A DNA stretch of 28,102 nucleotides from a virus (lineage: Duplodnaviria; Caudoviricetes). The stretch lies in IMG/VR virus record IMGVR_UViG_3300005662_000168, positions 1 through 28,102 of that record; one strand, written 5' to 3'. Both the position numbers and the translations under genes were made by a program. Each line of letters begins with the position of its first letter. Within the stretch, counting starts at the first letter, position 1. Under the pieces are notes generated by a model. It ran no database searches, had not been told where the DNA came from, and saw only the letters and a list, made by a program, of their open reading frames with translations. Positions 1 to 8,346 of the stretch are shown here, one piece after another.

Positions 1-56
1 AGACCATTTTTGGTGTCTATGAGAATGACATCGAATGAGTCATCTTTGATAGCCAT
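1..56 (-). CDS. hypothetical protein, 5' part only (MAIKDDSFDVILIDTKNG...), runs off window
   Basis: AAAGGAGA RBS then ATG at 56 on the minus strand; same RBS as neighbouring minus-strand genes; not in ORF track. Confidence 0.6.
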   Translation of the reverse strand, partial: MAIKDDSFDVILIDTKNG

Positions 57-412
57 ATTATCTCCTTTGATTAGTTTGGCATTAGTTGGTATTTCTGAGA
101 AGGGGAAGGGAGATACCCATAATCTAGCAGTGTGGCCTGTAATAGTCCAACAAGCTATCATTATGCCTCTAGCATATGGGTACCCCCCTGCAAGCGCCTG
201 TATTAGTCGCTCTTCTAACAATATTTCTATATTTTATAAAGTATATGCATATATACTTGTATAGAGAAGAAGGTCTTTTTTGTAACGGAAAGACCATAAA
301 CCGTAGGTAAGCAGTGCATAAGCACAATGACTATATGTAACTGAGTTACTAGTCCTGATATGAATCTGCTATGTATGTTTGCTTGATGCGGTGCCCAACC
401 GAACAAGACATG

Positions 413-592
413 TTATATCTGGTAATCAGCTTTGAGCTGTAGTATTACCGGATAGATGTCAATGTAGACTACACCATCTGGTGCTGTCCATTGAACAAGA
501 GTATTCTGGTAGGCAATGAATGCCTTAGAGTGATTGATAAGTGCTTGATTTGCGGCGGCAAACAAAGCTGTGTTGGATGTTGGTGATGACAT
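413..592 (-). CDS. small hypothetical protein (59 aa, MSSPTSNTALFAAANQ...)
   Basis: Part of ORF 413..715; start reassigned to ATG at 592, which follows AAAGGAGAG RBS. Confidence 0.65.
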   Translation of the reverse strand: MSSPTSNTALFAAANQALINHSKAFIAYQNTLVQWTAPDGVVYIDIYPVILQLKADYQI

Positions 593-741
593 ATATCTCT
601 CCTTTGTATGAGATAAATGATTTTGATTTGGGATGTTTTGGTTGGTATCTAAGTGAAGTTGCGTGCGTATCTGGGTCGTGCTGTCACGGGCCGGGATGAA
701 CCCGACCCGCAACATACAACGAGCGAACTACAACCTGAAGA

Positions 742-1125
742 TTACAGGTTGCCGACTTCCACAACAAGGCGGTCGGTGATTGCTCCAGAGATGGAAGCAC
801 CAGATGCTGGCTTGACTTCCACTGCTTGGTAAACACGGATGCCGTCTTTACCAACAGTTGGTTCGTCAATGTCAACACGGTAAGCACTGAGCGTGAGGTG
901 GTAAACCTTACCCGCAGACTTTGCTTCCGCAATCCGACTTTCAATGGTGGTGGCCAAAGCCTTTCCATTGACTTGCTTGTCCAACCAAATAACCACGGAC
1001 TTATCCGTGACTTTGTCCGAGTACGCTGGCAATACAGCGTCACCACGGTCAATAAAGTTGGCAAGGAACTTGATACCAGTACCGGACTGAGCCGATACAG
1101 AGTTTAGTTGTAATACGATACTCAC
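742..1125 (-). CDS. hypothetical protein (127 aa)
   Basis: GGAGG RBS before GTG; protein-like composition; contains an in-frame CGG (934-936) apparently read as Arg. Confidence 0.75.
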   Translation of the reverse strand: MSIVLQLNSVSAQSGTGIKFLANFIDRGDAVLPAYSDKVTDKSVVIWLDKQVNGKALATTIESRIAEAKSAGKVYHLTLSAYRVDIDEPTVGKDGIRVYQAVEVKPASGASISGAITDRLVVEVGNL

Positions 1126-1220
1126 AATGACCTCCTGAGGGTCAAATAATGTCTACAATGGCAGACAGCCGTGAAGTTGGTTCCAGCGGCTTGCCGCTAT
1201 TTCGAATAAAATAATAAAGC

Positions 1221-1273
1221 TTAAGATGTATCTAAGTTTTAGTGAGTAGAGTTTAAGATGTATTTAAGTTTTA
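1221..1273. repeat. 21-bp direct repeat TTAAGATGTAYTAAGTTTTA-type, two copies (1221-1241, 1253-1273), one mismatch
   Basis: ttaagatgtatctaagtttta / ttaagatgtatttaagtttta, 32-bp period, in intergenic DNA upstream of 742..1125. Confidence 0.7.
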
Positions 1274-1323
1274 ACGTATAAGTATATTATAAATAATAAT
1301 ACTAATACTAAGAACAAACACAC

Positions 1324-1365
1324 GCATAACATGCACCCAGAAGGGTATCTTGGGTGCAGTTATGC
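1324..1365. repeat. inverted repeat / stem-loop
   Basis: GCATAAC-a-TGCACCCA ... TGGGTGCA-GTTATGC. Confidence 0.7.
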
Positions 1366-1532
1366 TATATGTGTTATGTTTGAATTGTATAATAGGTTTT
1401 AAGAAAACAAATAATAATACACATACAATAAATTAAAAATAACCCACACACGCATGTACATGCACACCTGTAGGGTATGTTGAGTACATGGTTTGGGTTA
1501 TAATTGATGTGTATAATATGTTTAAAATGTAT

Positions 1533-1568
1533 AGAAGAAATAAAGTAAACCACCCGAAGGTGGTTCAC
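1533..1568 (-). terminator. intrinsic terminator with C(UUCG)G tetraloop
   Basis: Minus strand GTGAACCACC-TTCG-GGTGGTTTAC followed by TTTATTTCTT, immediately after the stop of 1573..1761. Confidence 0.8.
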
Positions 1569-1572
1569 TCTA

Positions 1573-1761
1573 CTAGAACATGGGAGTAATCCCAGCGTTC
1601 TTCTTCTTGAGCCGGCGTGTAGCACGTGTGGCTAAAAGCTCTTCTGCATGTTCCATACAGAAAGTACGGTAGAATCCCTCATCCCAAAGGATGCGTCCTT
1701 CTGCCGGCCTAAGAGCTAAGTGGCACAATGTACACGTAGCAAAGGTTTCATTACGTTTCAT
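1573..1761 (-). CDS. small putative zinc-binding protein (CxxC...CxxH) with basic tail
   Basis: GGAGG RBS; CTLC...CMEH; followed by terminator; in-frame CGG at 1612-1614 in RRLKKK. Confidence 0.7.
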   Translation of the reverse strand: MKRNETFATCTLCHLALRPAEGRILWDEGFYRTFCMEHAEELLATRATRRLKKKNAGITPMF

Positions 1762-1845
1762 ACAACCTCCAGTTGTAATCTTGATAATCGGTCAAGCCGA
1801 TATTTCGTAAAAAGTATATAAATACTTTTAAGAATGTATGTGGGT

Positions 1846-1900
1846 AAATAAAGTACCCCACCAAGTCCGGAGCAGGGGGCGCTCCAGACAAGGTGAGGTA
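1846..1900 (-). terminator. long stem-loop with U-tract, probable terminator
   Basis: Minus strand TACCTCACC..GTCTGGAGC..GCTCCGGAC..GGTGGGGTAC-TTTATTT just after the stop of 1917..2135. Confidence 0.6.
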
Positions 1901-1916
1901 AATTACCCAACGATGA

Positions 1917-2135
1917 TTAGTAGTTGTTGACGCCGTGATGTTCAAACAACAGGATGTTGATTGCACGGCTAAGTGTTTGAAGTGACTCGAGGTCAGTAGG
2001 GATGTACACATGTAGCGAATCTGAAGAATCGCCATTTGTGGACTTGGCGGTAAACCACAAGTCATTACCTACTGAGCCTACGCACTTCTCCATGGACATG
2101 TCGTATGCCCATGGCTTGCTGATTGATGTTGTCAT
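1917..2135 (-). CDS. hypothetical protein (72 aa)
   Basis: AAAGGAGA RBS before ATG; downstream hairpin. Confidence 0.7.
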   Translation of the reverse strand: MTTSISKPWAYDMSMEKCVGSVGNDLWFTAKSTNGDSSDSLHVYIPTDLESLQTLSRAINILLFEHHGVNNY

Positions 2136-2191
2136 GATTGTCTCCTTTCACGAGACTAATGTTTGAATGAATAAATGAATAACTAGATAAT

Positions 2192-2230
2192 GTTGAGTAG
2201 TTACCCCCAGAACGGAGGTAACTACCCAAC
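2192..2230 (-). terminator. stem-loop (terminator or processing site)
   Basis: GTTGGGTAGTTACC ... GGTAACTACTCAAC on the minus strand between two genes; weak U-tract. Confidence 0.5.
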
Positions 2231-2246
2231 GGGTGGACAATGTGGA

Positions 2247-2444
2247 CTACTTGATGGTGATAACAGGGCGCTGTGGCTTAGCAGCGGACTTGATTCGCTG
2301 TGATGCGAAGAGTCCACGAGCAAAGCCTGCCACTACCGAATAGCCTGCTTCAGCAACATTGGATGTTGCAGCAGAGCCCTTGGTGATGGCTGAGCGTACC
2401 TTTACACCAGACTTGAGTCCGGAATTGTAAGTGCTGTAATTCAT
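2247..2444 (-). CDS. small basic hypothetical protein (65 aa)
   Basis: AAAGGAGA RBS before ATG. Confidence 0.7.
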   Translation of the reverse strand: MNYSTYNSGLKSGVKVRSAITKGSAATSNVAEAGYSVVAGFARGLFASQRIKSAAKPQRPVITIK

Positions 2445-2827
2445 CTTGAGTCTCCTTTGTGACTAGATGTGTTGTTGGTCGAGCCAATCGGCTCACGCCG
2501 ATATTTAAACATCTATATATACAAAGGGGTATACAGTAGGGGGCGTGTTAAAGATATAACACTCTACTGTATAATAACTATTACCCTCTCATATTTTTTC
2601 CCTATATTTCATCTATTTAAAAATTTATATATCCTTATACATCTTCATATAAGCTCCAGGTCAAAAAATTTTCCCCCCAATAAAATTACATATAGAGTTT
2701 TATATGTTTAGATAGGTTACCAAAAAAAATTCAAGAAATATTCCTCTACGAGTTGCAATTCACTCAAACACCCTGATAGGTTTCCTCTTGTCATAAACAA
2801 CCGATACACTTAACAAGGAGAAAACAT

Positions 2828-2998
2828 ATGACAAACAAAAAAATGGCCCCCGCAAAAGACATAAGCTCAGAGGAACTCTACGATATGAATGATATCGAAG
2901 ATATCTACGAATCAGCTTTCGGTTCATATGGAGCTAGAAGTGCAGACTACGACGACGTAGATTTCGACACAGACAACTATGCTTACGAAGCTTACTAA
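2828..2998 (+). CDS. small very acidic, Tyr-rich protein (56 aa)
   Basis: AAGGAG at 2815-2820, ATG 2828, TAA 2996-2998; MTNKKMAPAKDISSEELYDMNDIEDIYESAFGSYGARSADYDDVDFDTDNYAYEAY; below ORF-track cutoff. Confidence 0.7.
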   Translation: MTNKKMAPAKDISSEELYDMNDIEDIYESAFGSYGARSADYDDVDFDTDNYAYEAY

Positions 2999-3047
2999 GA
3001 TCATCTCTTTACAACCTAACAATGCCAAATAGATAAAAGGATTTATT

Positions 3048-3671
3048 ATGAATACAAATGATATGACACAATTCAGACCAATTACAACGTTTAATCCACA
3101 CTTCGTCTGTGCTTCAGAAAAGTTATTTAATGCCCCTATAGGCAATAACTTTGTCAATGAGTTTAAAGATGGACATATAATTACGTTGATGGATCACCAC
3201 GATAGATCCACAATGACTCCAGAAGAGATCAAAACTAAAACAAGAGAGTATTATTATAAACTCTCCATACATTGGGAGACTAAATACTATTCTAGAGCAT
3301 TTATAGGATTAGGACAAGACTCTCTATATATGTTTGATCTTTATTCGGACTATGGAATCATCTTTGATGCGGCGGTTTTGATCAACTTTGACTTTAGCGC
3401 AATTAAAAATGAGAATGTAATCACTAAAGGTATCAAAGACCATACAAAGATATATAATTTCTATAGCAATGATAAGAAATTTACAGATAGCAATATCGCT
3501 CACGTAAATCAATACATACCTACAAAGTTATCTCCAGCCTTAAACAAGAGATTTGCTCTTGAAACCAATGGAGTATTAGTCAATGGTAGTTATGAGATGT
3601 TATACATGCAACCAAACTCACCAACTCAATATAGAATGATCCAAGATAAGCTTATTTCAGTAAAAGACTAG
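3048..3671 (+). CDS. hypothetical protein (207 aa)
   Basis: Long ORF with AAAGGA RBS; no recognised motif. Confidence 0.75.
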   Translation: MNTNDMTQFRPITTFNPHFVCASEKLFNAPIGNNFVNEFKDGHIITLMDHHDRSTMTPEEIKTKTREYYYKLSIHWETKYYSRAFIGLGQDSLYMFDLYSDYGIIFDAAVLINFDFSAIKNENVITKGIKDHTKIYNFYSNDKKFTDSNIAHVNQYIPTKLSPALNKRFALETNGVLVNGSYEMLYMQPNSPTQYRMIQDKLISVKD

Positions 3672-4000
3672 AACAATTCATCTAAGCCGTCATCTGGGTC
3701 CCAGTCATCGGCTGCAATTATAATTTGATGTACATCATCATTACCTAAACCACGCACTATGTCCTCTGCAGTCGAGCCAGTGAGCTCGGCTGTAGCTAGG
3801 ACCATTTCCCATTGTTCTGGTTTAAAGAAGCTAATAGTTAGCTTAGAATCGTCATCAGCAGCATGAGCTGTAATAATATAATTATATTGAGCTAACATCT
3901 CTGGATCATATTCAATCAGAGCGTCATTATAAGTTATTTCAGCTTCGACATCGTCATCGCCACCACGTATTATCTTTTGAATCATTTCCCAAAAGTCCAT
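3668..4000 (-). CDS. acidic hypothetical protein (110 aa)
   Basis: GGAG RBS; convergent 4-nt stop overlap with 3048..3671. Confidence 0.75.
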   Translation of the reverse strand: MDFWEMIQKIIRGGDDDVEAEITYNDALIEYDPEMLAQYNYIITAHAADDDSKLTISFFKPEQWEMVLATAELTGSTAEDIVRGLGNDDVHQIIIAADDWDPDDGLDELF

Positions 4001-4100
4001 GACGACTCCAAATCTTTAAGTATTATTAATAGTACCTATGTATATTCCGTTTAATTTGTTAAAAAATAAAAAATAATTTTTGCGGCGAAAGGTCGCGGAA

Positions 4101-4289
4101 TTAGTAAGGACGATTCTTAGCTCTCTCTATGTAGAAGGCAACCTGATCAAAATCATCCTTGTCATGTTCTTCTAATAAAGTATTATTCTTCACTTCAAAA
4201 GAAGAAACTGTATTAAAATCACTAGGGTCAAATAAACACCAGTCATCACCGTTATAATGATTTTGTACGTCTTTTAAATTTATATTCAT
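4101..4289 (-). CDS. small hypothetical protein, paralogue of 4357..4569
   Basis: MNINLKDVQNHYNGDDWCLFDPSDF aligns with MGINLKDIENYYNHDDWRLFNPNDF. Confidence 0.65.
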   Translation of the reverse strand: MNINLKDVQNHYNGDDWCLFDPSDFNTVSSFEVKNNTLLEEHDKDDFDQVAFYIERAKNRPY

Positions 4290-4356
4290 TTTATTGCGTC
4301 CACTTCTTTGGTCTAACTGTTATTAGATTGTTTATAAGATTAGTACTGACCTTGTT

Positions 4357-4569
4357 CTACACAATTCTTAAATAACTTAGTATATTAATGAAATCATCAT
4401 GATCTTTTGAATTTTGAATATAGATATCAGTTTGATTTAATTGATTATCATCAACAATATTCTCATCTTCAACATCTAAAGTGTTGATTGCACTAAAATC
4501 ATTAGGATTGAATAAACGCCAATCGTCATGATTATAGTAATTCTCTATATCTTTTAGATTAATTCCCAT
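4357..4569 (-). CDS. small hypothetical protein (70 aa), paralogue of 4101..4289
   Basis: Start reassigned to MGINLKD by paralogy and overlap with the upstream gene's stop. Confidence 0.65.
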   Translation of the reverse strand: MGINLKDIENYYNHDDWRLFNPNDFSAINTLDVEDENIVDDNQLNQTDIYIQNSKDHDDFINILSYLRIV

Positions 4570-4726
4570 TTTTTGCATCCACTTCTTCAATCCAGCTGTC
4601 ACCACATTCTCTGCAGTGAACAGCATATTTTTCCTGGGCTCCATTTACCGCTAATGTATTAACTGTAAAATTTGTTGGGTATGGGCATTCAATGCACGGC
4701 TCAATCTTTGGTAGTCTTGCTTTCAT
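4559..4726 (-). CDS. small zinc-ribbon protein (55 aa, CxxC...CxxC)
   Basis: MKARLPKIEPCIECPYPTNFTVNTLAVNGAQEKYAVHCRECGDSWIEEVDAKNGN; overlaps recA 3' end; not in ORF track. Confidence 0.7.
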   Translation of the reverse strand: MKARLPKIEPCIECPYPTNFTVNTLAVNGAQEKYAVHCRECGDSWIEEVDAKNGN

Positions 4727-5693
4727 TTTCTACCCTCAGTTTAAGTTGTTCAAACAGTTTTGCGTCATCTTTTAGTTTACCAATTGCATTTTCTCTACCT
4801 TGAGCAAAGTTTTCTCCGTCAAGAAAAATCCACGCACCTTTTTGAGCAAAGATGCCCATTGATAATGCTAAATCCATGATTGATCCGTATTGGTCAACGC
4901 CTTTTCCATAATAAATATCAAACTCAGCAATCTTCAAAGGTGGAGCCATCTTATTTTTGATAACCTTAGCCTTAACCTTGATACCGATTGAGTCACCTTC
5001 TTTATTCTTAATGTCTTCCTTCTTACGAAGATCGATTCGAACAGATGCTGCATACGGCAATGCGCGTCCACCAGGTGTTGTTTCTGGGTTTCCGAACATT
5101 ACACCAATCTTCATTCTGATCTGATTGATAAAAACAATAAGAGTTTTATTATCATTAGCCAATGCAGTGATCTTACGAAGGGCTTTTGCCATCATTCGGG
5201 CTTGTAAACCCATTTGATTAGCGTCCATTTCGCCTTCTAATTCAGCCTTAGGAACCAAAGCAGCAACTGAGTCAACAATAATAAGACCAAGTTCTCCAGT
5301 TTTTACTAACTTATCAACAATTTCTAATGCTTCTTCACCATAGTTAGGTTGAGCAAGCAACAAGTCATCTAAGTTAATACCTAAATCCATCATATAAGCA
5401 GGATCTAATGCATGTTCAGCATCAATATATGCACAACGTAATCCCATCTTCTGAGCTTGTGCTACTAATGACAGTGAAATAGTTGACTTACCAGAAGATT
5501 CTGGTCCATATATTTCAACAATTCTGCCTCTTGGTAATCCACCAATTCCTAAAATTCTGTCTAAGGTTGGTGCTCCAGTTGAAATTGCTGGCCAAGTTTG
5601 GGTTTCTGCATTTCCTAGCTTCATTACTGTGCCTACGCCAAATTGCTTATCAAGCAAAGCGATGGCCATATCTAACGCTTTTGATTCTTCCAT
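4701..5693 (-). CDS. recA: recombinase RecA (phage-encoded)
   Basis: GGLPRGRIVEIYGPESSGKS (Walker A), IDAEHALDP, IIVDSVAALVPKAE, FINQIRMKIGVMFGNPETTPGG, VIKNKMAPP. Confidence 0.98.
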   Translation of the reverse strand: MEESKALDMAIALLDKQFGVGTVMKLGNAETQTWPAISTGAPTLDRILGIGGLPRGRIVEIYGPESSGKSTISLSLVAQAQKMGLRCAYIDAEHALDPAYMMDLGINLDDLLLAQPNYGEEALEIVDKLVKTGELGLIIVDSVAALVPKAELEGEMDANQMGLQARMMAKALRKITALANDNKTLIVFINQIRMKIGVMFGNPETTPGGRALPYAASVRIDLRKKEDIKNKEGDSIGIKVKAKVIKNKMAPPLKIAEFDIYYGKGVDQYGSIMDLALSMGIFAQKGAWIFLDGENFAQGRENAIGKLKDDAKLFEQLKLRVENESKTTKD

Positions 5694-5708
5694 AGCTGTA
5701 TTATACCA
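5694..5708 (-). promoter_or_regulatory. extended -10 promoter (TGGTATAAT) positioned for a leaderless recA mRNA
   Basis: Minus strand TGGTATAAT-acagct-ATG; no Shine-Dalgarno. Confidence 0.65.
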
Positions 5709-5892
5709 TAGTTTCTTTTAGTGGTTTTCTCAATGTTGCTTGCACTTCTTTAATCTTTTTAACAAGTGCTTTTTCTAAATTTCTGTATTCAATTCTAGAT
5801 TCATTATCCAAACCTAACTGTGCTTGTTTTACTTTTTCAAGCGTTGCGTATAATTTGAGTAAATAACTTTGATCTACGATATTCACGTACAT
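5701..5892 (-). CDS. small helical hypothetical protein (63 aa)
   Basis: 3' part of ORF 5701..5949; start at MYVNIV preferred because a TATAAT lies at 5935-5930. Confidence 0.6.
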   Translation of the reverse strand: MYVNIVDQSYLLKLYATLEKVKQAQLGLDNESRIEYRNLEKALVKKIKEVQATLRKPLKETMV

Positions 5893-5910
5893 GTTTCCGT
5901 TCTTGCTTGC

Positions 5911-5937
5911 TGATATAATTGGACGGTACATTATACA
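5911..5937. promoter_or_regulatory. opposed -10 elements (TGATATAAT plus strand 5911-5919; TGTATAAT minus strand 5937-5930)
   Basis: Located at the strand switch between 5701..5892(-) and 5965..6120(+). Confidence 0.5.
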
Positions 5938-5964
5938 GAAGTTAAGCATTGAAAGAGAGACGTT

Positions 5965-6120
5965 GTGGCAAGAAATGTTGATTTAGATAACGATTACAGA
6001 AGGGCTGCATATCTTCTAAAACAAAGAATTAATACGGCAGCAGACTTAGTAAAAATATGGTCATATGCTGGCCCATGTTCAGAAGAATGTCCATCAATAG
6101 AAAAAATCTCAAAAAAGTAG
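5965..6120 (+). CDS. small hypothetical protein (51 aa)
   Basis: GTG start after GAAAGAGAG; MARNVDLDNDYRRAAYLLKQRINTAADLVKIWSYAGPCSEECPSIEKISKK. Confidence 0.55.
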   Translation: MARNVDLDNDYRRAAYLLKQRINTAADLVKIWSYAGPCSEECPSIEKISKK

Positions 6121-6268
6121 AAAAATTTCTTGATTTTTTTTGACAGACCTGGTTATAATGTCTCTAAGGGGAAAACAGAAATTAGAGAACATTATTATCT
6201 ACTTCTCTTAGTTGAGAGAATCTCTTACCAGTTTCTCCAAGAATTTGCTAGAGTAAGGATAAATGGGT

Positions 6269-6275
6269 TACTATA
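6269..6275 (+). promoter_or_regulatory. putative late-promoter motif TACTAT(A)
   Basis: Same motif 34-43 nt upstream of starts at 6312, 7776, 22372, 25197 and 26056. Confidence 0.45.
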
Positions 6276-6311
6276 TATTCCATCACCAAACATACAGTTA
6301 AGGGGGTGATG

Positions 6312-7731
6312 ATGAAAGTTTATCAAATCTATGTTCCTGAGTTAGCAACTTATATAAAATATAAGGTTTTAGATCCAGAAGATATTGAATCTTTGATGGA
6401 AGACTTAGACGTTAAATCACCCAAGGATTTCAAACTAGCTGTACTAGAACATGTTATTTATAATGTTAAATCAGATGTAACGGAAGCACTGCGCCATATG
6501 TCTCGTGATGCAGCAGAGCGCTGTATAGACGCAATGTATAACGGATGCGTAATGCTTAATCCGCGGATTAGATATAGATTTATGGATAGATTTAGCTTAT
6601 GCTAGCGCATCACCAGAAAGTAAGATAGATAAAGATTTTTCTGCAATAGAATCTGAACTAGCAAAAAGATATAAAGATTCACTATATTCAAAAAATGCTA
6701 AATCAAATAAACCTAAACCTAAGAAAGTATCAAGACAAAAGTTTCTTGGTTTAGAAGATCATTTGCAGACAAATGTGATTGGACAACATGAAGCTATTTC
6801 TTCAGTTGTTTCAGCTCTTAAGAGATCGCAGGTTGGTTTAAATGATAAGAATAGACCATTAGGTATTTTTCTATTTGCTGGGTCATCTGGAGTAGGTAAA
6901 ACGCACTTAGCAAACACATTGCATAAATATCTCTTTAGTGAAGAGTATCCAATGGTAAGAATAGATTGTGGTGAATTTCAACATAAGCATGAGAATCAAA
7001 AGCTTATAGGTTCGCCTCCTGGTTATGTTGGTCACGATGAAGGTGGTCAATTAGTTAATCTAGTTAAAAAGCACCCGCACACTGTTGTTTTGTTAGACGA
7101 AGTGGAAAAAGCCCACGCTGACATGTGGAACACATTTCTTCGAGTATTTGAAGATGGTATTCTTACAGATGGCAAAGGTGAGGAAGTAAGCTTCTTAAAT
7201 ACTGTTATTATCATGACTACAAACTTAGGCAACGATAAAACTGTTGATTACTTACTTTCTGGTGGAACTGGATTTAATAAGAATACCCATTCTAAAAACG
7301 GAACAGTTCAAATGCCAGCAAAAGAAATGGTAGAAAAAAATACACTTGATGCTATTCGCAAACACTTTAGACCAGAATTTATTAACAGGTTAGATAAAAC
7401 TATTATTTTTAATCATTTAGATAGAGATAATCTTGAAAAGATCGCAGAACTTGAAATGTCTGTAATTATGGATAAATTATCCAAAAAAGGCTACAGCATA
7501 AATTACACTGATGAAGTTATATCTGCTCTTTTAGACAAAGGTGTTGACACAGTTAAGGGCGCTAGAGGTTTGGCTCAAGTTCGTAGAGAGAAAATGGAAG
7601 ATCAGTTAGCTGATATATTAATTAAATCAACTCCACCACGTGGAACCATATTTGAGATATCTTACAAAGATGAAAATGATAATTTCATTTTTACACTAAA
7701 GAAACCTTCAAAAGCAGCAACTACAGCTTAA
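6312..7731 (+). CDS. Clp/Hsp100-type AAA+ ATPase (single ClpB/C D2-like module with N-terminal extension), ~472 aa, joined by +1 frameshift at CGG 6564
   Basis: VIGQHEAI, RPLGIFLFAGSSGVGKT, LIGSPPGYVGH, LLDEVEKAH, IIMTTNLG, FRPEFINRLD, GARGL; frame of 6763..7731 is open back to 6553 and joins 6306..6605 as ...MLNP-G-LDIDLWID... Confidence 0.88.
6564..6567 (+). other. +1 recoding site 1 (CCG C-GGA TTA)
   Basis: In-frame CGG within frame-overlap window 6553-6602. Confidence 0.8.
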
Positions 7732-7737
7732 TTTAAT

Positions 7738-7744
7738 TACTATA
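7738..7744 (+). promoter_or_regulatory. putative late-promoter motif TACTATA
   Basis: 38 nt upstream of ATG 7776. Confidence 0.45.
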
Positions 7745-7775
7745 TAAGTATAGTTTTAAATAAAGGGAGAATTTC

Positions 7776-8063
7776 ATGGGAATGTCTTCAGCTGTTACAG
7801 GTTTAATTCCTAAATCAGTTTCTGGAAAAATGATGGGCATGGGGACTTCTATAGCCACAAACGTCAGAAGAGGTGGTCTTGGAATAATGAACAACACCGC
7901 TAAAGGATCTACTGGTAGAGCTATCGGAAGTCGCATAAATAATGCCGGAAAAGTAATGCAAGCTCATCCATTGAGAACTGCTGGCGGAGCAATGGGAGCA
8001 GCTGGCCTTGGTGCAGCAGCTATGTCTCGTCGTAGAGGTAGTCAAAACTACCCAATGTACTAA
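7776..8063 (+). CDS. small Gly/Met/Arg-rich protein with C-terminal hydrophobic segment (possible virion-internal protein)
   Basis: AAGGGAG RBS; AGGAMGAAGLGAAAM followed by RRR. Confidence 0.75.
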   Translation: MGMSSAVTGLIPKSVSGKMMGMGTSIATNVRRGGLGIMNNTAKGSTGRAIGSRINNAGKVMQAHPLRTAGGAMGAAGLGAAAMSRRRGSQNYPMY

Positions 8064-8075
8064 GGGATTAATATT

Positions 8076-8300
8076 ATGGCTGGATTAGGTGGATTAGGTG
8101 GAGCCTTTAAAAGTGGATTCTCAAGAGGAGCAGCTATTGGTTCATCAATGCGCAGAACTGCTGGAACTACACGTGGAAAGTTTGCAATGGGTGCTGGTAT
8201 AGGAATGGGTGGAATGTACGCCGCTGGAAGAATGAGAGGAAAATCTTCTGGTGCCAACGGCATTTCCCCTAGGTCAAGTGGTGGAATGACAGGAATGTAA
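8076..8300 (+). CDS. small Gly/Met/Arg-rich protein (possible virion-internal protein)
   Basis: AAGGGA RBS; composition like 7776..8063. Confidence 0.75.
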   Translation: MAGLGGLGGAFKSGFSRGAAIGSSMRRTAGTTRGKFAMGAGIGMGGMYAAGRMRGKSSGANGISPRSSGGMTGM

Positions 8301-8346
8301 TATAAAGTGATATAATATAATATATCTAAATGTTAGGAGTTATGTT

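Noticed and set aside
640-740. GC-rich foldable stretch as a tRNA (possible frameshift suppressor)
   Set aside because: There is a hairpin (CGGGTCGGG-ttcat-CCCGGCCCG on minus) but no cloverleaf or T-loop consensus; no tRNA was recognised anywhere in the window.
684-1107. ORFs 684..1064(-) and 826..1107(+)
   Set aside because: Overlap the RBS-supported 742..1125 gene; no RBS; atypical composition.
10-2711. ORFs 10..264(+), 1374..1625(-), 1751..2065(-), 2469..2711(+)
   Set aside because: No RBS; they run through terminators or AT-rich spacers, or overlap better-supported genes.
4570-4644. N-terminal extension of ORF 4357..4644 and an apparent frameshift near 4290
   Set aside because: The region is better explained by the zinc-ribbon gene 4559..4726; the paralogues begin at M(G/N)INLKD, so no shift is needed.
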